Shown piece by piece: positions 12,892 to 24,072 of a stretch of 64,000 bases of DNA. Below the pieces are notes generated by a model, which saw only the letters and a list, made by a program, of their open reading frames with translations, did no database searches and was not told the origin of the DNA. Location of the stretch: the NCBI GenBank assembly GCA_054600435.1, contig BAAIJX010000005.1:558001-622000 (forward strand), given 5' to 3'. Both the position numbers and the translations under genes were made by a program. Source of the stretch: Neophaeotheca triangularis (Eukaryota). Numbering within the stretch: position 1 is the stretch's first letter; every line of letters begins with the position of its first letter.

Positions 12892-13731
12892 GATTGCTGG
12901 AAGTGTAGGAGGTATGAAGAGGGTTGCTAGCTGTGTTGTTAGTGAAAGGGTGAGCACAAATAGTGTAGGACCAGCCAGTAGTCCAAAGAATTGAGCTGGC
13001 CTTCAGAACTCAACCTCGTACTCGCAGCGATGTTAAATATCCTCGGCCTGAAAGAAAGTAGAAGTGCTAAGCAGGATACAAGTGTTTCATTGTCTTCGTT
13101 GTTCACATGTGCATAATGGCATTGTGTATGCATGAGCCAGCGCAACAAGGGCTACCTAAGACCTTTGTTGGCTAGTAATTTTAGATTCAAGCTCGCTAAG
13201 AATGGCGGAAAATAAAGAACGGTGTTTTAGATAGTCTCCAAAGAACATAGCGAGCGTTTGGCCTCTCGAGCACGAGACGACCACCGACCTGTCACCTTCG
13301 CTATTGGCGTATGCCAAGTATTTCCATCTTCTGTGACCCGTTTCCCAAAAGAGTTCTGCTCCAACTCGGGGTTTTCGTACGGCCAGTATGCACTTCGTAG
13401 ACGAGAGAGAGAGGGAGGGTGTGTAGTACAGGGGCGCTAAGAATACCGCAAGAATCTGCGTTGTCTGGATGTTCGCAGGATATGACCTTGTTGCTGCCGG
13501 GCCAAAATGATGCTTCTTTTCGTTCTCTCGCCTTCGCAGTGCACGGTACCAGAATACAACTTCCCGTGTTCGCGCCAGAGTATAGCAGTGCTCAGTTGGC
13601 GTAGCATAGGGTATGGCTTAGTCGCAAAGCAGCTTCCAATGCTAGCCCCTTTCTCGCTGTTGGTGAACAAATCGCAGCCTTCAAGGACGTCGCTTGCCGT
13701 GCGACGAGGACTTGTTACCAAGCGCCACGCA

Positions 13732-14445
13732 CTAGCCATCAACGTCAAGAGACACAGACGAACCATGATAGAGCGGCACCAAGCCCGCCTCAGCCCTGCC
13801 ATTACCATCATCACCCCCAGCCCCCTTAGACCTCCGCCCCACAATCAAAGGCAGTAGCATCCCCTCCAAATGCACGAGATTGATCTGAGCCATATCGTAA
13901 CCCCCTTCATCATTCCACCGCACGGCAAGAACCATGCTAAAACTCCGTAACCCCATCGGCTTCGCCAAAGCCTTGTAGAGCTTGAGGTCCCGCAATTCCC
14001 TACGGTAGAGCATGAGACTTCTCGCCAGCCACGGTCTTTCAAAATGGTAGACAGAGACACGGACTTTGAGTTTCCGGAGCGCAGTGAAGCGATCGAGCAC
14101 GTCGACGTCGTCGCCGTAGATGTTGAGAAAAGTGACGAAGGAGATTAGAATACCGCCGTGGAGGCGTTTGGTTCCTGGCGTGTGGTTGCTGCCGTATTGG
14201 GCGCTCAGGATTACTTCGCGGGTGCCGTAGCGGAATTTGGCGGCGGTTTTGAAGTCGTGCTTGCTGATGAAAAGGCTTGTGGCGTCCGAGGGCTCTTGTG
14301 CGATCCAACGATTGCTGGGTTGGTGGTAGACTGTGAGGGGTTCGTTGGCGCCGTAGATGAAGGAGAAGATCATGTTTCGGAGTTCTACCGGGAAGTCGAA
14401 GGGTGCCTGGAGCTGTGGCGTAGCCGGTTCCAATGTCGTCGACAT
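13732..14445 (-). CDS. Hypothetical protein with F-box-like N-terminal motif
   Basis: 237-aa ORF with PFDFPVELRNMIFSFIY motif. Confidence 0.55.
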   Translation of the reverse strand: MSTTLEPATPQLQAPFDFPVELRNMIFSFIYGANEPLTVYHQPSNRWIAQEPSDATSLFISKHDFKTAAKFRYGTREVILSAQYGSNHTPGTKRLHGGILISFVTFLNIYGDDVDVLDRFTALRKLKVRVSVYHFERPWLARSLMLYRRELRDLKLYKALAKPMGLRSFSMVLAVRWNDEGGYDMAQINLVHLEGMLLPLIVGRRSKGAGGDDGNGRAEAGLVPLYHGSSVSLDVDG

Positions 14446-15327
14446 GTTTGAGTAATGCTTTGTGGCCGAAGCTGGTAACGAGGTATACTGTTGGGAAAGG
14501 CCTTATTTCGTTTGATGGGAGAGTGTATGTTTGAGGCCCAGAAGGTCATTTGGAATCAAGACTCCTGAGGGCTTGAGCGACTAGAACACCTTCTTGCAGA
14601 TTCTTCCAGGGGTGTCGTTTGTCTCGGACCAAAGCATTCACTTTCTCATATCGATCGGGAGAGACTGTGCTTGGCGGTGAAGTCCCATGTGAACCGTGTG
14701 TGTTGTATCCCGCATACAAACGGGCCTTTGACCCGGGTGAATGCGCCAGATAACCAACCTTAATTGTTAGATTATCTGAGGCTAAGGCAGACAGATGTGC
14801 GGTGGACTTCATAGATGTTGCTGTACCTGTCGACCTAGTCTTGTGACTTACACCGTGTCTGTTGCCCGCTTGAACCTTGAAGTACCTCCTATGAGTCAAC
14901 TCCTAGCCAGGGCCGGTCCCCGACTTGTGAGGGGCAAGCTACGTTATCACGAAGCATTTCACCTCTCATCTCCCGGAGGAGGGGGATTCTGGGCATTTTG
15001 AGGTGCTGTAGGCAAACACATTATGCTGAACTCTGAACTCTGAACTCTGGCCAATGCCAACATAACTCCTACGAAGTCGGCGATCAATGCTTGGCGATAC
15101 CGCTACCCCAGTAGCCGATTGATCGGTAGCGAAAAGGGGCTTTGAGCTGGCCGTCTGCGCCAGGAGGCATTGAGTAAGGTTCTCCCGAGTGAACAGAGAA
15201 AGCCGAAACAAAGGAATAGATATAGTGCTTGCACAGGAATACCCAGGATTGATGTATCTACAAACTTGAGAGGTATAAGCACAAGATTCCGCCACGCCCG
15301 ACACTCACCCACACGACCAACATCCCC

Positions 15328-16669
15328 TTATTGCTTCTCCATAGAGCCCAAGACGGCCCTAGTGAACTCTTGCGTGGTAGAGCTACCGCCCATGTCCCTT
15401 GTCCTGACTTGGCCTTCGGCAATAACATTGTACACAGCCTTGCTGATCCTGTTCGCGTGATCATCGAGACCCAAGTGCCTCAGCATCATGGCACTGGAGA
15501 GGATGAGCGCAGTTGGGTTGGCTTGGTCCTTGCCTTGAATGTCAAGACCGACGTGACGGCAGCCGGGTTCGAAAACGGCGACTTCACGGCCCATGTTGCA
15601 GCCAGGTACTATGCCCGGGCCACCGACGAGTCCCGCTCCGATGTTTGAGAGGATGCCACCATACAAGTTGGGCATGACCATGACGTCGAATTGCTGAGGC
15701 CTGCTAACACATTGCATGCTTGCGTTGTCCACGATCATGTCGTTGGTCTCGATGCTGGGGAACTCCTCGCCGACCTTCTTGACAGTGTTGCGGAAGAGAC
15801 CGTCGGCGAGCTTCATGATGTTGGCTTTGTGGATGCAAGTGACCTTGCGCCTGTTGTTGGCTAGAGCAAAGTTAAAGGCAAACTTGGCGATGCGCTCGCT
15901 CTTTGCGCGGGTGATGATTTTGAGAGATTCGACGACGCCGTTAACAGACTGGTGCTCTAGGCCAGAGTATTCACCCTCGGTGTTTTCACGAATGATGCAG
16001 AGGTCGACGTCCTTGTGTCGAGTCTCGTAGCCAGGGATGTTCTTGATGAGGACAATGCTGGCGTAAATGTCAAGCTCCTGTCGCAGGGCGACGTTGAACG
16101 ATTGGTGGCCGGAGCGCTCGACAGGAGTGTGGAGGATACCCTTCAACCCAAGCTTGTTGCGCTTGAGAGAGGCAATGGATTCGCGAAAGAGCTCTTCAGA
16201 GTGCTTGCTGCCAGTCTCAATACCGGACACGTCGACCTGCTCCCACTCAACGGGGACATTGTCGGCCTTGAAGATGGACTTGACGGACTCGGAAACCTCA
16301 GCACCAATACCATCACCTACGCGAGCATTTTCAGTTCCTGTTCCTCCTGCAGATACTACTTGTCCTTGCTTTTACTGAACGCGTACCTGGGATGAGAGTG
16401 ACTGTGTATTTGCCGCCATACTTGGTGGGCTTGAAGATGTCGGTGTTGACGGAGGCGTAGGCTGTGTCGACGGTTAGTTACAAATACGGGACTTGATGCG
16501 TGAAGGGCGCGACGCAGCGTACATCGTGATATCGAAGGAGTCGCAAAACGAGATTGGGTTCGGGCGGTTTGCAGGAGGGTCTGAGGCCCAGTGGTCAGTT
16601 GCTTGCCATGGATGCCAATGTACTGTATGTGATACTACATACCCTGGCGGCCCTTTGAGAAGACATCAT
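15328..16669 (-). CDS. IDH1: Mitochondrial NAD-dependent isocitrate dehydrogenase subunit 1 (regulatory)
   Basis: TLIPGDGIGAE split by an intron; IIRENTEGEYSGLEH, HKANIMKLADGLF, MIVDNASMQ, VMPNLYG and FEPGCRHVG. Three 5' introns; mitochondrial presequence starting MMSSQRAAR. Confidence 0.95.
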
Positions 16670-18116
16670 GGTTGCGACGGGAAGAAGATGGGTGTGGGTG
16701 AATGTTCGACACACAAGGTGAGGATAAGTTGCAGGCCAGAGTAAGAGACGAGATGCTGCAGGATTGAAGCTTGCCTTGCCTTGCCTGTTCTGTCGCCCGG
16801 TAGCTCTTCGCGTCGCTACCGACGACCCGCCCGTTGCTTTTGCACGTGCAAATCTTGGCCAAGCCGACTTCCCTCCGAGCCTTGCCCAAAGTGGAAAGTC
16901 TCCGCCCGTCCGAACAACCTCACCTCTTCCGCATCACCCAGATACGTCTGCAATGAGACTGCCATGTCTGGCACACAATAAGTTTTCGAACCATGTCCTA
17001 GGAGATAGTACCATCCGCCAACGCACATGAAGGGTCGCGAATAGGGCAGTAAGCCGGCTTGCTCTTCTGCCAGACCCAGCTGGGCTGGCCACAACAGAAA
17101 CTCGGCATGCAGGTTCCTCGACCTACCGATTTGACTGACCGCGGCTCGTTGACGTGAACGCTTGGGGGAGATAATCTGTACTAGCTCATGCCCATATGCC
17201 ATCAGACGTGCGGAGGTAGCAAAGAGTCCGAGAGTCACAATCACATCAACCAGCGAAGTTTGAACCTCGTCGACCATATCTCTGCTCATCTTAGCGAACA
17301 TTTTCCCACACAGCTCGACGGCCAACTCAATTGCATTCTGCTTAGCTCCAGGCGATCAGCAATTTCGACCGAGATCCTGCTGCACTGAATAGTCTTGGAC
17401 GGCATCAGTGTCGACCGGCCAACGAGAACTAGTAAAGGATTCCCCATGGTCGTCCAAATGCGTTACATCTACAGCTGTCATAAGCGCCACGAGACTATTT
17501 TCAGCTATCCTCTCACAACCGTGGTGTCGCACTTGTGGGCTCACTGCGTTTTCGCTGTGTTGTGAACAGGCACTCAGCGCGCCAAATCCAATGCGCTTTG
17601 ACCAAGTCTTATTGACACCAGAATGCGGATAAGCTCGACCTCACCCGCACCACACCTCAATGAAACCGTCTCGTATCCATTGTGAGTTTGCCACGAGGCA
17701 CGAGAAGAGGCACAATGCACGTTTTCGTGGCTTGCCGTTCGAAGGGAGGTGCCATTCCGCTGTCTAGGGTCTGGGCCGGGGCGTTTCTGCGAACGACTGC
17801 TGTGTCACTGCTGATTGCGTATTGTAAGTTCCCGCTGACAGACGCACTACAATGATCGTCTGGACAGCTTTACTGCTACTGGCCCCCTGCAGGCGAATCC
17901 GCTCGTTGCAGTCAAGCGTTTTGATACGCACCGCAACCGGTACTTCATCAAACAAAGTCCTCTCAAGAGATTGGCACTTTCCGAGCATCTTCTGTCTAAT
18001 CTCACATTCCTGTCGAGAGTTGAGTCGCATTCATCAATGTTCGCGTACGGATGAAAGGAGCGTGCTTATTGTCGCCCCTCCTCCATAACACCTTTCACCT
18101 ATTCTCTTTGCCGTTT

Positions 18117-18184
18117 CCCTATTGACACCCGAAAGCACTTCCAAGTGTTGCCCTTTTCTTTATTCTCATCCCCTATTGACACCC
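18117..18184 (+). promoter_or_regulatory. Duplicated CCCTATTGACACCC element, putative MAT1-1-1 (alpha-box) binding sites
   Basis: Exact 14-bp direct repeat at 18117-18130 and 18171-18184, followed by TATAA at 18223 and the precursor ATG at 18399. A related CTTATTGACACC lies at 17608-17619. Confidence 0.6.
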
Positions 18185-18398
18185 ACTTCGAGCTGTCGAG
18201 CCAACTGACGCTCTCGAGATACTATAAGACATGCCAAACATCACGCCGTTTTCGTCGTCTTCTCCACTCACCAACAAGTCATTCTTTCAAACCCGCATAC
18301 CGGATCAATAACTCGAGTCTAAGTCATAAGACTACTGAGCTTCCTCCTCAACTCAACATCATCCGAACAACATCACCAACCGATAAACAACAAACAAC

Positions 18399-19304
18399 AT
18401 GAAGTTCTCCGCATCTCTTCTGGCCCTTGTGGCCTTCACCGCCGTTCAGGCCGCCGCCGTCGCCGATGCCGAGCCTCGCCGTGGTGGCAGAATGGGCTTC
18501 TGTGGCGCCCCCGGTGCCTCTTGCGCCAAAGCGAAGCGCGCCGCTGAGGCTGTCGCCGAAGCCGTCGCCGAGCCCAGGAAGCACAAGAGCAAGATGGGCT
18601 TCTGCGGTGCCAAGGGCGCATCTTGCGCCCGTGCCCTCGAGAACATCTACGAAATCGAGGCCGCCGCTGAGCACTCCCACGACCTTGCCACCCGCAGCGC
18701 CGACCCCGAAGCGTGGTTCCGTGGCAAGAAGAACCGCCGCCTAAAGGGTGGTTTCTGTGGTGCCCGTGGCGCGTCTTGCGCCAAGCGCCGCGAGGCCGAG
18801 CCCAAGAAGCACAAGAGCAAGATGGGCTTCTGTGGCGCCAAGGGTGCCTCTTGCGCCAAAGCGAAGCGTGACGCAGTCGCTGAGGCCGAGGCCGACCCCA
18901 AGAAGCACAAGAGCAAGATGGGTTTCTGCGGTGCCAAGGGCGCATCTTGCGCTCGCGCCGTTGAGGCCATTAACGAAGTCGACCCCGAGATCCTCAGGGA
19001 AGAGTGCTTCGAGGAGGGCAACGAGTGCGACACCATCCTCAAGGCGCACGCCGCCTACCACGAGGCCGTCAAGCGTGAGGCCGACCCCACCGCCGACCCC
19101 GAGGCCTGGTTCCGCGGCAAGAAGAACCGCCGCCTAAAGGGTGGCTTCTGCGGCGCCAAGGGTGCCTCTTGCGCCCGTGACACCGACGAGGCCGAGGAAG
19201 CCGAGTGCTTCGCCGAAGACGGTGACTGCACCGTCGCCGAGGAGGGCCACGCTGACCTTGGTGCCGCTCTCGACCGCGCCCTCGAGACCCTCGAGACCGT
19301 GTAG
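18399..19304 (+). CDS. Kex2/Ste13-processed repeat precursor; probable alpha-type pheromone precursor (ppg1/ppgA/ccg-4 family) with atypical cationic peptides
   Basis: Signal peptide; six GFCGA(K/P/R)GASCA cores, each preceded by X-A/X-P dipeptide runs and followed by KAKR, KRR or R. Cys spacing C-x3-G-x2-C matches ascomycete alpha pheromones. Acidic Cys-containing spacers. Confidence 0.85.
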   Translation: MKFSASLLALVAFTAVQAAAVADAEPRRGGRMGFCGAPGASCAKAKRAAEAVAEAVAEPRKHKSKMGFCGAKGASCARALENIYEIEAAAEHSHDLATRSADPEAWFRGKKNRRLKGGFCGARGASCAKRREAEPKKHKSKMGFCGAKGASCAKAKRDAVAEAEADPKKHKSKMGFCGAKGASCARAVEAINEVDPEILREECFEEGNECDTILKAHAAYHEAVKREADPTADPEAWFRGKKNRRLKGGFCGAKGASCARDTDEAEEAECFAEDGDCTVAEEGHADLGAALDRALETLETV

Positions 19305-20210
19305 AGGATCGCTCCTCCTACGACCTAAAACCGTGACAGTCGTTACCATTTGACGGCTCTCGCCAAACAAACATTCGCAGTCGACCACCCTAGGCCGGCA
19401 TGATCTTCGACACCCACACCTCCGGCGCGACTCTGACTTTTTTCTTGGATACATCCAGCGGGAAGGTTCGGAGGGTAAAAGGGGGGAATGATGAATCGAG
19501 GGTTTTTTGCACTTTGTCGCGATCTTACAACATCATCAACAACATGCTCGAGTCCATGAAAAAGGACTCTCATATGAGCACAGTCGGCATCTTCTTGCGC
19601 GGCTAATACACCAATCATCAGCAAACAGAATTGGGAGAATGGGGGTTGGTTAGCAGCTTCCTTCCTTGACCTTTTGGCTGGAGTAGCATATTTAGCTTTG
19701 TATTATGGGTTTTTGTGCTGCTACTGATCTTCCATGTCTTGTTCCGCCGTCCCTTGTTTCTCGTGTCTTATGGGTTGGTCTGAGCATGTCTGTTCGTCTC
19801 GTGCTTGTCTTGACCCAGTCGCCCTCGATATGTTTGTTTTACTTTACCGTATGCGCAGAGCAGGCAGGCTTTGATCCACAACTGTCTCGTGTGCAATATG
19901 TAGCTGCGTTATGTCGTTGGTAGTGAGAGATACACACTGGGACTTGGTATGACATTTGGCCGTGCTGTTGATGTTGGATGTGCCTTGCGGACGACTGGAG
20001 AGCTTGGAGTGAGGAGTGAAGGCTGTGGGAGCCTTGTACGCTCAAAAGTACAATATACCTGTCTCTTCCGCTATCTCCTCACGTTCATGGCGATCATTCG
20101 TAGACTCAAAGCTTCTCCGACATCTCCAGCTCCATGGGTATCTCTCCACGCCCTCGCCAAAAATAAAAAACGCCTACACCATCCCCCGACCCCCGAAACC
20201 AACATGAGCC

Positions 20211-21024
20211 CTACAAAGGCCTCGTCCTCTCCCCCCGCCAGAATCCCATGACCTCCCCAGTCTCACCAATCCAATCCCTAACCCCATTAACCGCCGCCTT
20301 AGCCATACCCTGACTCTGCGTACCCGCTCTCTTCCTACCCCTAACCGGCGGCGCACCACCAATTCCCACATCCCCAAACCCACCACTCTCCCCAGCGCGG
20401 GTAAACGAACTCCCCACACCAGTCGCATACTCACTGCCCATACTCGGCAACACATTCTCACCCGCACTTAGGCTGACGAACAGCGCAAAAGGCACCAACC
20501 ACACTTGCAAGCCGAAAAAGGCCGCGATCTCGGTGAAAGTCGGCACATCTTGCTGTTGCTGGTAAGCGTAGTAATCGTACCTTCCCGTCGTCTGGGGCGG
20601 GGAGGAAAAGTGGCGGAACCAGAGCCAGTGGTTCACGACCACGGAAGCGCAGGAGAGGAGGAAGACCGGGTCGGTGAGCTTGACGACGGGGAAGTGGCGG
20701 AGGTTGCGGAGGTAGAGGAGGTGGGAGGCTATGCTTAGGGCTGAGAGAGTGAGGGGGAGGCGGTCGATGAGGAGGAGCAGGAGTTGTAGGAGAATGGTTG
20801 TGTAGATTAGCCGGGTTAGGATCTTTTTGGCGAGGACGCTGTGTTCTTCGACCAGTTCGGAAAGGTAGTAGAGGCCTGAGGCGATGGCGAGGGTGAGGAA
20901 GAGGAACGAGAGGAGTAGGCCTAGGTAGCCCTGCGATTGGGTACGGGGGTTAGTTGAGGGAGCTTGAGGGGGGTTTCTTTTTGGAGGTGGGGGGTTGGCG
21001 CACTACTAGGGGGAGGATCCACAT
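20211..21024 (-). CDS. SVP26: ER-Golgi transmembrane adaptor Svp26/Erv26 (TEX261 family)
   Basis: MWILPLV|GYLG...LAIASGLYYLSELVEEH with intron 20931-21003; also NHWLWF and VWLVPFALFVSLSAGENVLP. Confidence 0.9.
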
Positions 21025-21600
21025 GTTGGGCTTGCTTGAGCGGGGCGTGCTGTGGTCGGGTTGTGTTATATTTCACTCGAGCTCGGGCGAATTTGCGTGA
21101 GACATCGCTGTATATAGCTGCTCGGTCTGAAGGGTGTAAGGTTGTTCTCGTTCGCAATCGACAGACGGATGATGTAGCCAGTTGTTGCTAGGTACCCGAC
21201 CTTCACGTGCCTGTTCCGTCTGCTTGGGTCGAGTGGGGCGGGCCGCGAAGTCTTGTTTCAAGTTGCTATGCCGGATGGGGTACTGTGTATTTCGCGCGAC
21301 AGCATTAAACCTTCGACGGTAGATTTGATAGATTCGATAATCGGTGCCATTGCTAAGTTACAGCCATTGAAGCATAGCATACTCATTACGCAAATTTCAA
21401 GTCAATCTTCAATCTTAACACGCCCAAAGCGATCTCGATAAACCTCTCGCCCTGTTCGTCCATTATCGTCGAAACCAGCCTGACGAACAACTTCATTCAC
21501 GAAAAGAGAACCCACAAGCCACGGAAACTCCGCAAATTAAATCCAAAAGTAACCCGCAATCTCGACAACCCGAACCTTTCCTCAAACCCCTACAAAACCC

Positions 21601-23264
21601 CTAAAAGAAAAGGACAAACTCCCCCCTCTCATTGCGCCTCACCCTCAAACCCTTCCACAACTCTTTATCTTCCTCCTCCTTCTCGCCCTCACCCCTCAGC
21701 CCCTGCTCCCGATGATAACGTTTCAGCGCCTTATTGATAGAGCACCCACGCTCGCTCTCGGGGCCTTTGTTGATGAAACTGAGGAACATTTCCGCTTTGT
21801 TGCTGTAGTGGTCGTTGGTGACCACGGCGTTGCGCGACGAGGGTTGCACGCTTTGCGGGCGGTCTAAAGAGTACGAGGAAGTGGAAGTGGCGTGGGTGAG
21901 GGCTTTTGGCCGGGAGGAGCGTGGCGCGTAGTCGGCGCTGCTGGTGATGGAGGGGGAGGAGTCGCGGCGCCGGCCGCTGGTTTTACCGTGCGAGCGATGT
22001 TTGTCGTCGTAGTAGACGGTGTTGGCGCTGCGGTCGGAGGAGCGGTGGGAGGAATCGGGCCGGCGGTATTTGTCTTCTCTGCTGGCGCGGTCTTTTTCCC
22101 TGCCGGAGGAGGAGTGAGAGGGTTTGATGATCTGGGTCGTGTAGCTCGTGTAGCTGCTCTTGCGCTTGTCGTCTTTGCTGCTGTCCTTGTTGTCGCGTTT
22201 GGTGCGCTTGGTTGGGCTGATAGGGGTTGGGCCTGCGTCGATGCGGTCGTTGTAGTAGTCTTGCGAGTCGGTGACAAGTTTGTTCAGACCGCCCGTGAGA
22301 CCTGAGTGCAGAACTCGGCCCCCGCTGGGTTGGACGGAGCTAGGCGCATCCGTCATGTCATTGTCGCGCGAGCTTGGTCGCTTCACGGAGCTCAAGTCCA
22401 GCTCTTCGACCTGATGGCGCTTGCGCTTCTTGTCGGTATGCCTCTCCTTCTTGTCCTTGCGCTCGCTCCGCGGCCCAGGCGTTGTCATCGGTGGGGGCAT
22501 TGCCGCGTTTGACTGCTGCGAGTCCGTCATGTTCTGCCAGCTATCGTAGCGCTGGAAGGATGGCTCCACGGGCGCATTCCCATACGACCAGCCACGCTGA
22601 AGGTATTGCTGCGAGCCTGTGCCGTTAGAGAATTGCGAATACTGGCTGTCGTGGTTGTCGCCGTTCCCCACCATCTTCCTCTCATCAGGCGCACCAAGCT
22701 GCACCTTCGAAGCATTGGGCGTACTGTCCGCCACCAAAAAGTCAAAGACATTGACGTTCTCGGGGTTTTCCTCGAGCGCAGCAGCAGCGGGCGGCGGCGT
22801 GGGCGCTCGAGGCGGGACATCGACAACCGCGACCGCATTCCCCTCGTCGCCCTCGGGCGCATCCTCCACATAAGCGTTGAAAGACCCCGGCATGGCCACG
22901 GCTTGCGACAGACCCTGAGTCGCGACAACGCCGTTGGATCTGCGCTTCGCGTTTTTCTTATCCTGCTTCTCCCCCCGGTACAGATGGCCCATATACTTCT
23001 GCGCCTCGCTCATGCAAGTCGTGTGGGAGCGGTACTCGGTGCCGTTGAAGTGGACCATGCAATCGATGCAAGTGAAAGAGGCGCCGCGACACTGGTTGCG
23101 ATGGGGATCGAGCTTCTTCTTCGTTAGGACATCGCCGCAATTCTGTCGGAGGGGCTGGGGTTAGCATGGATGTATATAGGTGTGAGCGAGCCGCGCGCGC
23201 TGTGTTTCTGCCAATGGCGCGATGACGAGTGAGCGGTACGAACCTCGCAGCTAAACGAGACCAT
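21601..23264 (-). CDS. LYAR-type C2HC zinc-finger nucleolar protein
   Basis: MVSFSCE|NCGDVLTKKKLDPHRNQC...FTCIDC...YRSHTTCMSEAQKY, with intron 23143-23243. Confidence 0.88.
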
Positions 23265-24072
23265 CCTGAGGCGCGCAAGGAAGGGGGGAACAGGGCGCTG
23301 GGTATGTTTATAGGCGCGCGATCGTAGGTGCGGGGCGAGACGATGTGGCGCAAGGCGTCAGTGTCAGATGGCGTAGTGTTTGGAGGTCGCGCGCGGATGC
23401 TACCAATCAGGAGGTATTGGTCAGGTTGGCGAGTGTCGCAATAGTGGGGGGGGGGGTTGAGTAGAGGGAGGAGGAGGAGGTGGTGGTGGTGGTAGTGTCT
23501 CAGAGTATCCCGTCTAGACTTTGGGCAATCACGAAGGCCCACCAACAAGCGACGACAGCAGCGACTGCCCCGGCTTTTTTTTTATTTTGAGCAGGCATGC
23601 ACTGCTTTTACTTTTATGCATCACTAGCGCCCATGCAGGGGCCGGGGGGGCAACAAGCTATAGCGCCGACGTTGCTGACTCGAGCCCTGAGGTCGACATT
23701 TCCTCCACTCTTCCCCTCAGTCTCCAAGGGATCAGGGGTTCGTTAGTATCCGATCGCTGACAGGAGCAGACGGGTTCTACTTCATGAGACACGATCCTTA
23801 TTACAAGGCGACTCGCACGGGGTCGACAGGTGTAACCATCGCGTCGCTAGGCTCGCCAACTAGCAACACCGGCCGCTAGCCAATCAGGCGTGCGGGTCAT
23901 GCGCCAACTCAACATATACCTACTCAAGTCCTTGATCTTTACAACATGACAAAGCGTCTCGCAGGTTCCTACAGAGTAGCATTTGGATATCGTAAATTGC
24001 TATGAAAGATGACACCGCGACTGAAACCTCGCCGCCAAAACATCCGCCCCCATTAACCCACTGACCAAAGCC

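Noticed and set aside
16816..17544. Possible gene between IDH1 and the precursor
   Set aside because: Short interrupted ORFs with no motif, overlapping the presumed promoter region.
18399..19304. Dikaritin/fungal RiPP cluster built on the repeat precursor
   Set aside because: No DUF3328/UstYa oxidase, tyrosinase or other tailoring gene is nearby; the flanks are housekeeping genes, and the core follows pheromone Cys spacing.
23445..23495. G-rich tract as a possible G-quadruplex upstream of the LYAR gene
   Set aside because: Most simply the C-rich simple-sequence leader of the minus-strand gene; no further support.
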